Shown: positions 50,810 through 62,517, counted from the stretch's first letter. The stretch: DNA of 64,000 nt from Eledone cirrhosa (GCA_964016885.1 OZ024758.1:26908001-26972000); one strand, 5' to 3'. Notes: generated by a model from the sequence alone, not told the origin. A program made the numbers and translations.

Positions 50810-51059
50810 TTAATCCTTTAGCATTTACATTCCTCTACATACACTGGTATTTTCGTGGTAAAGGCTTTTATCTCACGTAATATTTCACATATTATCAAAT
50901 CTATGAGACTTTGATATTATTTATTTTGAGAACAATACCTTAACATCAGTATGAGTAGTAAGTTACGGCCAGTTTGAACAGAAGGAGGTGAAAGAATTTT
51001 GGCTAGTTTGAACAGAAAGAAGTGAGAGAATTCTGGCCGGCTTAATTGCTAAAGGGTTA
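50810..51059 (-). mobile_element. piggyBac-type MITE
   Basis: ttaatcctttagca...tgctaaagggtta; reverse-orientation homology. Confidence 0.75.
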
Positions 51060-51363
51060 TGTTTTTTATTATAGAAGCATAAAAAGCAAAGTTGACCTTG
51101 GTAGGAACTCAGGGCTATAACTAAATGCTACAAGGAATTTTTTATGATACTCTACTGATTCTGTCAATCCAGAGTATTGATCTCAGTTTACATCACCAGT
51201 TCTCATCCATCACCAAAGTTAATCAATGTGGAGACTAGTTAGTTCTCTAGCGATGGGGGACAGGGAATTCTGGGGCATGCGAGTAAGATCCATCATCTCG
51301 AGAGTAGTCGACGAATGATGATGATGATGAGTTAGTTCTTGTCCGATGGTAAAATAAACATAA

Positions 51364-51475
51364 AATAATTGTTTCTACTTTTTGGCACAAGGCCAGCAAT
51401 AACGAGTACATTACTGGTACTTTATTTTATCGACCCCGTAAGGATGAAAGGCAAAGTTAACCTCGGCGGGATTTA
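51364..51475 (-). mobile_element. S3 SINE 3' fragment
   Basis: Reverse complement of the S3 core and tail. Confidence 0.8.
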
Positions 51476-52223
51476 TAATGATGAGTTTCTTAGAGAAACT
51501 GACATGACTGGCCTACTTATATATAAAGTTTATATGTATTGAAAGAAGTATAATTTTATTGGTTAGACTTTTGAATACTATTCTGCTGGTGGGGTGGGGC
51601 CAATTTCTCATGACCTTGAACATTTAAAACCATTTTGTGACTATTTCTAACAAAAATATTCTTTGAGGTATAATTAAAAATAATCAACAATTACGAGAGG
51701 TTTAGTGAAATAAGTAACTTTTAACTTAATTAAAGACTACTGAAATTTAATATTATCTAGCATGTATTAATGAGATTTCAGTCTAAGACTTAAATCTAAA
51801 CACCAGGAGGCTGTTTTGTGTGGGTTGTTACTTAAAGAGTTAAAGGCTGTTTATAAGTTTGATGTTTGAAGAATTAAGACAAAACGTACTGATTACCAAA
51901 TTAAAACATTTTTATGCCTTTGTTCATTTTGCTGACTTACACCTGAGACTTGTTTTTTTAATAATTTTGTGTTACTGAACCCCCAAGTCTCAAAATCTGA
52001 AGGGTTTCTTCCTATCGAGTCAATTATTTTGTCTTGTATTAAATCAACATAAATAAGTACTTTTTTTTAAATACTTGTAAATACTTGGTCAAAAGTTACA
52101 ATCCTAAAGGAACTCAGCATTCATCATGGATTTAAATATTCTTAATTTTCCTGGATATATTGTGAAATATTTAGCGTTAATTAATCCACTCTGAGAATGT
52201 GTTATATAAACCTTGCAGCATAT

Positions 52224-52305
52224 ATACAGGGTGTCCCCCAAAAATGTATACATATATTTATTTGAATGCTGTTGAAGTGTGTATATATTTGGGGGGACAC
52301 TTTGT
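52224..52305. mobile_element. Tc1/mariner-type MITE
   Basis: ta-cagggtgtccccca ... tggggggacac inverted termini; homologous to the 4721 copy. Confidence 0.6.
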
Positions 52306-52329
52306 GTATATATATATATATATTTTTTT

Positions 52330-52521
52330 TTATACTTTGGGAGGGTCATGTTGCCAATAAGAAACACACACAACCAACCAGAAATTTATAATAAATTGAA
52401 GTGAAAGCAACTGGTGCGTCTGTTTCTTATTGGCAACATGACCCTCCCAAAGTATAACAATATCAGTTTCAACACACGTTTTCAGATAAAGAATCTTGCT
52501 AAACAAATTCAGAAACGAAAT
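52330..52521. mobile_element. PLE 3'-end fold-back fragment (family F)
   Basis: Inverted ttatactttgggagggtcatgttgccaataagaaac / gtttcttattggcaacatgaccctcccaaagtataa, matching the PLE terminus at 56278, plus an extension of about 60 nt. Confidence 0.8.
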
Positions 52522-52779
52522 GTATGTATGTATATATATTCATTAGTTAAGAAAAACAAGACCACAAATTTCACAAGGAAGACATTATTTAAAGATTGTC
52601 AACCTAGTTTTAGTTTAATGTAAGGAATGTAAAGAATACTCATAATAATACTAATAATGTCCATTTACAATTGTTTCACTACTCCATATAATGTTTCTGG
52701 ATCAAATGATTATAGATCATTATTGATCTGGTTCATCTCTCTCTTTAAGATTGGTTACTCTTGAACTGTATTTTTTTTT

Positions 52780-53105
52780 TCATTTTACGTCCACTTTTCC
52801 CTGCTTGCAAGGGTGGGACTGGAACTGATTCTGGCTTGATTTCTACAGCTGGATGCCCTTCCTAACACCAACCTCATTTACATTGAGTGCTGGGTGCTTT
52901 TTTGCCGTGGCACCTCCACAACCACTTTGCAGTGGAATGATATGGACCCCAGTCCCTATCATCTCATTTCTACAGCTGAGTAAACTGGAGCAATGTGAAA
53001 TAAAGTGTCTTGCTCAAGGAAACAACACATCACCCGGTCTGAGAATTGAACTCACAACCTTTCGATTGCAAGGCCAATGCTCTAACCACTAAGCCATGTG
53101 CCTCC
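52780..53105 (-). mobile_element. SINE family S1
   Basis: Reverse complement of S1. Confidence 0.9.
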
Positions 53106-53262
53106 ATTCTAACCACTAAGCCATGTCGTATATATATATATATATAGTTGAAATAAAATGAAAACGAAATTTCATTTCTCACTCTTAGTACGGCACTTAC
53201 TTAAATGTAAGTATGTGTGTATACGTACATACATATATGTATACAGACGTACAGTAGCATGC

Positions 53263-53318
<56 letters not shown>

Positions 53319-53458
53319 GTACACATACATATATGCACGTATCAGTTTAGCGGACGCTTATTATAACGCCGCTTTGTTCATTTGTAAACAAACTGAACAG
53401 CCTGAATTTTTTATGCCGTACGGTGTTAAAGCAACCACGTCACCTTTTTGTTCAACAC

Positions 53459-53511
53459 AGGAACGATGTACTAGTTTCAAGCTTGTTAGCTATCATCAGC
53501 ACCGTATACCC
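53459..53511 (-). ncRNA. Type I hammerhead ribozyme motif (family A)
   Basis: Minus strand reads gg-tata-cggtg CTGATGA t-agct-aaca-agct-t GAAA ctagta catcg-tt-cc. Confidence 0.85.
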
Positions 53512-53741
53512 ATCTGCCAGATAGTTGAACGTTCGAAAGTATATACTTTCCTTATGAAAATTAACGGCTGAGCAGTCTAATTTGCATATCGAGTGACCTA
53601 AGTCGGTCAGGCATACCGAAAACGATCAGTTGAAATAAAATGAAAACGAAATTTCATTTCTCACTCTTAGTACGGCACTTACTTAAATGTAAGTATGTGT
53701 GTATACGTACATACATATATGTATACAGACGTACAGTAGCA

Positions 53742-53821
<80 letters not shown>

Positions 53822-54008
53822 TATACATATATACATACAGGTACACATACATATATGCACGTATCAGTTTAGCGGACGCTTATTATAACGCCGCTTTGTT
53901 CGTTTGTAAACAAACTGAACAGCCTGAATTTGTTATGCCGTAGGCTGCTCAGCCGTTAATTTTCATAAGGAAAGTATATACTTTCGAACGTTCAACTATC
54001 TGGCAGAT

Positions 54009-54061
54009 GGGTATACGGTGCTGATGATAGCTAACAAGCTTGAAACTAGTACATCGTTCCT
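54009..54061 (+). ncRNA. Type I hammerhead ribozyme motif (family A)
   Basis: gggtatacggtg CTGATGA tagctaacaagctt GAAA ctagta catcgttcct. Confidence 0.85.
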
Positions 54062-54225
54062 GTGTCAGTGTTGAACAAAAAGGTGACGTGGTTGCCTTAA
54101 CACCGTACGGCATAAAAATTCAGGCTGTTCAGTTTGTTTACAAACGAACAAAGCGGCGTTATAATAAGCGTCCGCTAAACTGATACGTGCATATATGTAT
54201 GTGTACCTGTATGTATATATGTATA

Positions 54226-54309
<84 letters not shown>

Positions 54310-54709
54310 TGCTACTGTACGTCTGTATACATATATGTATGTACGTATACACACATACTTACATATATATATATATATATATATCAAAGGCATTCTCGTC
54401 AAGACCATCTCATCTTTCACTCAGGCATTGTATATCTAAGGCTACATTATCCAGTGTGTCCCTCACTTTTGATGACGGTAGGATGTAATTTAAGTGATAT
54501 TTGGCTGCTAGTTCTAGCCCCTAGAGTGAACATGTAGATATCTTTTAATTGAATTGTATTTAATAGATGTACTGTAATTAGATACAGTTCTTGACATATG
54601 TGATCTAACTAGATATGATCTTAGCAGCCTCTGACAAACAAAAGAAAAATAAGATTCAACATGTCCAATAAATATGACCTAACCAGATAATATACATGTG
54701 TGTTTAATG

Positions 54710-54739
<30 letters not shown>

Positions 54740-54743
<4 letters not shown>

Positions 54744-55043
54744 GCTTAGTGGTTAGAGCATTGGCCTTGCAATCGAAAGGTTCAATTCTCAGAACTCAAT
54801 TCTCAAGTGATGTGTTGTTTCTTTGAGCAAGACACTTTATTTCACATTGCTCCAGTTTACTCAGCTGTAGAAATGAGATGATAGGACTGGGGTCCTATAA
54901 AGCACAAAAAAGCACCCAGCCCACACTGTAAATAAGGTTCGTGTTAGGAAGGGCATCCAGCTGTAGAAATCAAACCAGAATCAGTTCCTGTCCCACCCTT
55001 GCAAGCAGGGAAAAGTGGACGTAAAATGATGATGATGATGATA
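54740..55043 (+). mobile_element. SINE family S1, rearranged/deleted
   Basis: S1 head, partial body and tail. Confidence 0.85.
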
Positions 55044-55055
55044 TATATATATATG

Positions 55056-55175
55056 TGAAGGCGTGTGGCTGAATGGTTAGAGAATTGGATTCGCAATCGT
55101 AAGGTTGTTAGTTCGATTCCTGGACCAGGCGATGTGTCATGTCCTTGAGCAAGACACTTTATTTCACGTTGCTCC
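55056..55175 (+). mobile_element. tRNA-derived SINE head (S1/S2-related)
   Basis: A box tggctgaatgg, B box gttcgattcc, ccttgagcaagacactttatttcacgttgctcc; followed by about 100 bp of unassigned sequence. Confidence 0.75.
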
Positions 55176-55272
55176 TTCTATCTGGAGTTACGACCGATAG
55201 ATAGTATTAGCAATTGGAAAGACCAACGGAAACATTGTTCCCTCGGTCCGATTTGACGAAAGTCGATCGTTC

Positions 55273-55334
<62 letters not shown>

Positions 55335-55336
<2 letters not shown>

Positions 55337-55800
55337 AAATTGAGAGAGAGACTGAGCATAAGAGGAATCAAATGCTGTGTGCATGAGAGGAGGTTGCGTT
55401 GGTATGGACATGTGATGCATATGAAGGATGACAGCTGCATAAAAAGGTGCAGAGCACTAGAAGTCGTTGGAAGCTGCGGAGTGGTGATAAAAGCCGACCT
55501 TACCCAATTGCACCTCTCAAAGGCGATGACACACGACCGTGACCTCTGGCATCACGCAGTAATACAGAAGACCCGACCGTACAAGCCGAAGCTGCAAAGT
55601 GGTGGTGGAGGCAAAAAAAGCACCCAGCACTCACTGTAAATGAGGTTGTGTTAGGAAGGGCATCAAGCTGTAGAAATCAGGCCAGATTCAGTTCCCGTAT
55701 GAGCAAGACATGGTCAGCCGACTGGCTACTGCCCACAACAGGACAACCCATCTAACCCATGCTAGCGTGGAAGAATGGACGTAAAACAGTGATGATGATA
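55335..55800 (+). mobile_element. RTE ORF end joined to the S1-type 3' half
   Basis: LRERLSIRGIKCCVHERRLRWYGHVMHMKDDSCIKRC...DRDLW followed by gcaaagtggtggtggaggc...S1 long tail. Confidence 0.8.
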
Positions 55801-56431
55801 TATATGTGTGTGTATGTATGTATATATATGTATATATATATTCATTGAAGTTTGTGGCTCACCACTGGATAGAACTTTTCATTCTGTGTAGTTACGCAAT
55901 ACACCTGATGATGTCACTGGAACCTTACTGGTCTCTTACCTGTCCAGGGGAGAGTCTTGTACTCTCAGTCGCTTCACGCCAAATGAGCCTTCTGGCTTAA
56001 GACAGACTTTAGACTGAGTTCAAATTCATAATTTCAAGGTCGATACAAAGTACCAGTCTAATACTGGGGTTGATTCTTCCTCTATATCTCTTTCTCATTT
56101 CCCCTGGAAGAAATTTGCTGTACTCAGTCCTTGAGAGGAATGTGCCCCACCAGGCTTAAAAAATGCCCAAGAAATGCTGTGTGTCAATATGGCATCCCTA
56201 TGACTCTATCAGGAGGTACAGGTCCATACCAGACCATATATATATATATGCGCGTGTGTGTGTATATATATATATATATTGTTATACTTTGGGAGGGTCA
56301 TGTTGCCAATAAGAAAAACACACACCAGTTGCTTTCGCTCCAATTTATTATAAATTAAATTTATAAATTTAAGAATTTATAAATTTCCGGTTGGTTGGTT
56401 GGTTCCACAACCGGACGGTTGTTCATATATT

Positions 56432-56474
56432 GTCAAAGTTCTTTCGTCACACATTCTGTGACCCCTTCAGTGAC
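56432..56474 (-). ncRNA. Degenerate type I hammerhead in the PLE 3' UTR (family F)
   Basis: gtca CTGAAGG g-gtcaca-gaatg-tgtgac GAAA gaactt tgac; core differs from CUGANGA at one position. Confidence 0.6.
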
Positions 56475-56656
56475 TGGGGATTCTTCTCTTTGTTTTGAGC
56501 CTCTCCTTTGTTCTGTCCTACGCCATCTTGTTTTTGTGTGTGTTGTGCGCTTAGTTTGTGCATGTGTTACATCCGGGTGTCTGTGTGTGTTTTTATTTGT
56601 TTATTTACATGTTACTGGTTGGTTGTTTGTTCTATGTGTGTGTTTTCATTTTGTCC

Positions 56657-58139
56657 TTAATTGTAAGTTATGATGTTGCTATTCCATTCATGTTTTCTAT
56701 TTAATTTTGGTTGGAGTTCATTTATGTTTATTGCCTCTGTGATTTGTCTAAACATTGCGTCTTTTCTGTGTGTAGATTCTATTTTTATCTCTATGTTCTC
56801 TAATTTGCCCTTATGTTCTATTATAGCATGTTCGTGGAGTATTGATGATTCTTTTTTATCTTGAAGTTCTCGCCAGTGTTCATTTAATCGTTCTCCTATA
56901 CTACGAGCTGTCTCACCTATGTACACTATATTCTTATCTTTACATTGTCCTTCAGTACATCTTAGGCTATATACTACATTTCTAGTTTTACAGTTAATAT
57001 GGGGGCTTAGATTACAGATTATGCATTTCTTATCTATACAGGGAGGTCTTTGAAAAGGGTATGTATTGCTAATAAGTGTTTTTATGAAGGTACCTGGTCT
57101 TTCTACTATCTTAATATTAAGTTTATGTTTATCTAGGGCCCTTCTAAATTTGTAAGCTAATTCACCTCTAGGGGTTGTATTGATGAACATTACACTCTGG
57201 TATTTATTGCTATCATACCATGAGTTTATTCTATTAACCTTATTCCTAGTTCTTTCTATTCTATTCCAAAATTTGCTCCTATACAAGGGGCAGGTCCCAT
57301 TTGTATCATTATTTACCATTTTTTCCCATTTGGTTCTGGCTCCTCTATATACTCTGATTTTATCTCTCTGATTGTAACCAGAGAACTGCATACGGTGGAT
57401 GAAGTGTTGTATGTGTCTCTAGTTCTTTGGGGTTGCACATGCGGGACACGTTTCTCATCACCCGTACTAAATCCGCAATCAGTATGTTGATTTTGGTGTG
57501 ATCCGAAACAGCTGAGTTTCGGTGGATCAGATGTTTGGAAGTCATGGGTTTGGCATAATGGGAATGGAGGATTTGTTTTTTGTTATTAATGGTTTCTAAC
57601 CAGAGCTCTGTGTCTAGTACAGGTAATCGATGGTTGGGGTGTTTGCTTGGGTAGTCTATAGTAACTATAATACTCTGGTGGATGGAGTTAGCTATTTGCT
57701 GGATGCTTTCCATTGTGTTTTTCTCTAATTCCCGACTGTTCTCTAGTGGGGGTGTTTTTACTACGATGTTTATATCATCAACGTAGCAAGAGTACATTAT
57801 CAGGGTTAAGAGGTTGCTGTCTTCTAATTGTTCTTTAAGTTTATTGTCCCACCATACCATGAATAGGTTAGCTATGTCACCTGCAATGCTAACACCAATG
57901 GCTGCTCCCTCCTCTTGGGCATATGTTTTTCCATTAAATTTGAACATATGTTCCTTAAGGGTTAGTTTTATACTGGCCCCCACCGCATGTGCAATCATTT
58001 TCTTCAGTTCATCATGATTTTCGGGGGTCCGTATGGCTCTGGTCCACCCGTTCCATCTTTCTGTGTGGGTTTTCTTGGCCATTGAGGTAATGGTAGGTGG
58101 TCTGCCTCTTGCTGGCTTTGTGAGGCAGAGGTTGCTAAG
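56657..58139 (-). pseudogene. PLE reverse transcriptase / GIY-YIG endonuclease, one frameshift near 57360-57410
   Basis: RT motifs FKFNGKTYAQEEGAAIGVSIAGDIANLFM, YVDD, LPVLD, HYAKP; Cys linker PPCIDKKCIIC...NC; endonuclease NVVYSLRC.EGQC...VYIGETARSIGERLNEH...HEH...RQITEA.NI...PKLN. The frame is open upstream of the annotated Met to about 58139 (LCLTKPARGRPPTITSM). Confidence 0.93.
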
Positions 58140-59261
58140 GTCATACGTATTTCATTTTATTAAGGTTAAATGGTGAGTCTTGATACGCTGGAGTTTCGGC
58201 TGTTTATCACAGGGTCATCAGACAAGAACTATTGCTGACTGTTTTGCCTCATGGTTTGATGACGTAAATTAGTCGGCCACAGAAATGCGTATAATGCAGC
58301 ATAAAATAAGTTATTAGAATCCGGCTTTCACATATTTTTCATTGAAGTATTCAACCTCGTTCCTGTACCACACACGAGATACCACATCAGTGATGGAAGA
58401 TACACATGACGTTGAATGCTTTTTGCTTATTACATTACGATCTGTTGATAGGAATGACTAGATCACAAACCCAGCTTCCTATTAGTTAAACCATACATTG
58501 TAAACAATATATATATATGTGTGTGTGTGTATAATATACATATGTATGTATGTGTGTGTGTATATATATGTATGTATATGTGTGTGTGTATGTATATGTA
58601 TATATATATATATTGTTGATGTTTACAAATTAAATTTTCATTTTTTACACAGAACTAGCTGAGAAGCAGATGGTGTACTATATACAAAACAGGCAAGTTG
58701 ATGTTTTACCATCCTTTGGTAGGCACAAACTCCAGATGGATAGATGAGACAAAAACTAAATATATAGATAATTGCTATTCTTAAATTATTCTCTCCTGTA
58801 CACTATTGTATCTCGCCTCTGCCAGCTTCTGCAAACGAAGTAATAAATAAATTTTAAATGTCTTAGCAAAAAAATGTTGTTTAGAAACTTTGAGATAAAA
58901 CTTTTTAAAAAAATAACTAAACACTGAAACACACAAACATCAAATTAAAGAGATTAACAGAAGGAAAAATCCAGTGAGAGAACAAAAATGTAGGATATGG
59001 AAACTATAGTAATAAACAAAGTATTGGCTTAATGGAAAAGAGAAAAGAGAATTTTATTTATGCGTGAACAAAATGAAAGAGAAAAACAGGTGTGGAGTAA
59101 GAGATGGAATTATTTGTTGTTAGATAAACGTAAAAGAAGCTAGATAGATGGATGAAGGAATGGAAACATTAATAGAAAGAGGAAGTTAAAGAGAAAACTT
59201 AGTATGTTGTTAGGAGACGAGAAATATGCAGAGTGAAAAATTGGTGGGAACACGAAATATT

Positions 59262-59433
59262 GGTTTCTTATTTAGGCACAAGGCCAACAATTTGGGGGAA
59301 GGGGAAAGTCGATTAAATCGACTCCAGTGCATTACTGGTACTTTATTTTATCGACCCCGTAAGGATGAAAGTCATAACTCTATGTTGCAAAGCATGGTGT
59401 CTGACCCTCTACTGATACTGCCAATCCATCGCC
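59262..59433 (-). mobile_element. S3 SINE, internally deleted
   Basis: Reverse S3; gggaacacgaaatatt repeated on both flanks (target-site duplication). Confidence 0.85.
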
Positions 59434-60398
59434 CTGGGAACACGAAATATTAATGTAGGGAAGAGAAGGTAAATTAAAAGAAGAAAGAAACTACATTAGA
59501 ACATCTAAGAACAATGAATAAAAGGAAAAGTGAATGATAAACATTTCGATGGAAGTGTTCTCAAAAAGTCTATCATCAGAACGAACAGAATGATGATGAA
59601 AGAGAGGACTTGAATCGACAGAAAAGGATCAATATCATGTCTGTGTGTGAGTAGGGTAGGTTAAATAAGTGTGTGTATGAGAGAGAGAGAGAATTCTTTC
59701 TATAAGCACCTGTCTATGTGTCTGAAGAGAGAAACAAGGATGTAAGAGAGATTTCAAGTGAAGTGCTGTTTTTCTTAACAACCATTCAACCATCGTCTAA
59801 CTGTTATCTTTCGGCCTTTCTCAAGCTACTATCACATTTCACTCACAAAAATGGAATCCATTGACCTTATCTCCTTCCCCAAATTGTTGAATTCCGTTTT
59901 GGTTGGCTTTTAAGCAAAGGAAGAAGAAAAAAAACAACTTTCTTTTTATTTTATTTTTCCTTTAAAAAAAAAAAAAAAAAAATAGAAAGAAAAAGATAGC
60001 AGAAAGTTAGCTAAACATTGAAGCTCAACAGCTGTGAAGAAATATTTGCTGGTGTCGAGTGTAGTTTGTTGAGAGTAAGTTGCTTATGAATATTCTTCGT
60101 ATGGAGTATATAAGTGGAAATGTTTTCATTCTTCGCTATTCTTCATATCTGTGGAATAAGGGATACCGAAGTGTTGCTTCAAGTACATTTCTCATTACTG
60201 TCTCTTCCAACCTATTTCTAAATATTACGATTGAAGATTTTTATTTTAATAGAAAATTTCAAACCAGTGTCTTTACTATGATAGTTGCAACTTTGGTCTC
60301 GTAGTTTGGTCAAGAGGTTTGAACTGCATGATTCAGGGTTAGATCTTACTACACGACACCTTTGCACCTTTGGTAAATGCCTTCTATTGGAGTTCACC

Positions 60399-60448
<50 letters not shown>

Positions 60449-60452
<4 letters not shown>

Positions 60453-60804
60453 CGTTTCTGAATTTGTTTAGCAAGATTCTTTATCTGAAATCGTGTGTTG
60501 AAACCGATATTGTTATACTTTGGGAGGGTCATGTTGCCAATAACACACACAGAAACAAAATGGCGTAGGACAGAACAAAGGAGAGGCACAGAAACAAAGA
60601 AAGGAATCCCCAGTCACTGAAAAGGTCACAGAGTGTGTGATGAAAGAACTATGACAATATATAAACAACTATCTGGTTGTGGAACCAACCAACCAACCAG
60701 AAATTTATAAATTTATAAATTTATTATAAATTTATTATAATAAATTGAAGTGAAAGCAACTGGTGCGTGTGTCTCTTATTTGCAACATGACCCTCCCAAA
60801 GTAT

Positions 60805-60810
<6 letters not shown>
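60449..60810. mobile_element. PLE pseudo-LTR fold-back copy (family F)
   Basis: Forward copy of the PLE 3' UTR (about 60543-60810) preceded by an inverted terminus (60509-60543) with a 60-nt extension; both ends in (TA)n. Confidence 0.85.
60613..60655 (+). ncRNA. Degenerate type I hammerhead (family F)
   Basis: gtca CTGAAAA g-gtcaca-gagtg-tgtgat GAAA gaacta tgac; with the 56432 copy it implies an ancestral CTGAAGA core. Confidence 0.55.
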
Positions 60811-60859
<49 letters not shown>

Positions 60860-61275
60860 TAAAAAAATAATGAATAAAACAATGAAACAGTTCCTTATAT
60901 TAAACAAAAAAAGTTCATTATTTAACGATCGTTATATATATATATATATATATATATAAAGTAAGTAAGTTAATTTTTATAATTTTCTTATTTTACGTCT
61001 TTCATATAATTGTTCTGCATCCCCTTGCATTGAACCACAAAGTTACTAAGACAAAACCTATATATTTGCTAGCATAGATATGCATCTGTCTGTATATATA
61101 TGTTGGTAGATATACTAATTCCTTATATATATATATATATATACATAGAAAGTTATATTTAAATTGTTGGGTTACAACTAGTAAATATTAATAACTGATA
61201 TAAAAGCACTTGACAAGTATTTGGAGTATATTTACGGTATGTCAAATCTATTTATCTATAAAACTGTTTATATTG

Positions 61276-61341
61276 TATTTTGTCTGAGGAAGGCATAGCA
61301 TATTGTTAATATGATATCCCTGAAATATATATAATGAAATA
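61276..61341 (+). ncRNA. Type I hammerhead ribozyme motif (family C variant)
   Basis: tattttgt CTGAGGA agg-c-ata-g-catatt-gtt-aatatg-a-tat-c-cct GAAA tatatata atgaaata; downstream about 40 nt identical to those after the 17604 motif. Confidence 0.75.
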
Positions 61342-61381
61342 AATATGGTTTTATAAATATAGTTTCCATTTATTTAATATC

Positions 61382-61453
<72 letters not shown>

Positions 61454-61778
61454 TGAACTGACTGGTTATAACTTTGTATTGGCGATCGAGTAACGTGAAA
61501 ATAAGCGGATAGCGATCTCTAGACCTACCAGTTCAGAGAAACAATTGTCAGCAATGAGATTAAAAACCTTTTTTGTATAGCAAACCGTGTCTCTCTTCTT
61601 TCCTGATTTATCATTACTCCAAGTGTTTACAACATAGGAATTACAGCATACTCGCAACATCACTATGGAAACGCCTTGTTGAGTCAAACTTAGCCAAGCG
61701 TTGATATCATCCACTACCCGGAGTACCATAACTGGACTACACCTAAGTGGACTACCTATAACAATAATTTGTTACCCC

Positions 61779-61855
<77 letters not shown>

Positions 61856-61856
<1 letters not shown>

Positions 61857-61980
61857 TAAAGAATGAAACTAAATTTCATTTCTCACTCTTAGTACGGCTG
61901 ATACTTAAATATAAGTATGTATACGTACATACATATATGTATACAGACGTACAGTAGTATGTATATATATATACATACAT

Positions 61981-62076
<96 letters not shown>

Positions 62077-62359
62077 GTATGGGTTTACCGAACATTTATT
62101 ATAATGTTCGGTTTGTTTGTAAACAAACAGCCCGAATTAAGCCGTACAGTGTCCGGCAACCATACTTTCAAACGTTCAATCATCTGACAGGAAGGTATAC
62201 GATGCTGACGATATCAAATAAGCTTGAAACTAGTTCATCGTTCCTTTGTCAGTGTTGAACAAAAGGGCAACGATGGTTGCCGAGCACTGTACGGCTTCAT
62301 TCGGGCTGTTTGTTTACAAACAAACCGAACATTATAATAAATGTTCGGTAAACCCATAC

Positions 62360-62400
<41 letters not shown>

Positions 62401-62466
62401 CATGTATGTATATATATACATACTACTGTACGTCTGTATACATATATGTATGTACGTATACATACT

Positions 62467-62470
<4 letters not shown>
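61856..62470. mobile_element. Hammerhead element family A, head-to-head inverted pair
   Basis: 61856-62163 homologous to 1936-2100/2285-2380; orientation flips at about 62164; flanked by (TA)n. Confidence 0.85.
62191..62246 (+). ncRNA. Type I hammerhead motif (family A), stem II damaged
   Basis: aagg-tata-cgatg CTGACGA tatcaaataagctt GAAA ctagtt catcg-tt-cctt; stem I perfect, stem II mutated, GUU triplet. Confidence 0.65.

Positions 62471-62517
<47 letters not shown>

Larger units (their letters stand above)
53146..54364. mobile_element. Hammerhead element family A: 1.65 tandem units (period 482) + head-to-head inverted unit
   Basis: agttgaaataaaatgaaaacg at 53146 and 53628; orientation flips at 53942/53943; flanked by (TA)n. 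Confidence 0.88.
56278..58140 (-). mobile_element. 5'-truncated Penelope-like retroelement (C-terminal GIY-YIG type)
   Basis: RT + GIY-YIG coding remnant, 3' UTR/pseudo-LTR with a degenerate hammerhead, terminus abutting (TA)n. Confidence 0.92.

Noticed and set aside
52535-52660. Repeat fragment (also at 18102-18160) as another PLE terminus
   Set aside because: The two copies are clearly related and TA-adjacent, but no intact ribozyme core or coding link could be shown
55900-55935. CTGATGA motif as a hammerhead
   Set aside because: No paired stem II or GAAA follows; the sequence runs into an S2 SINE fragment
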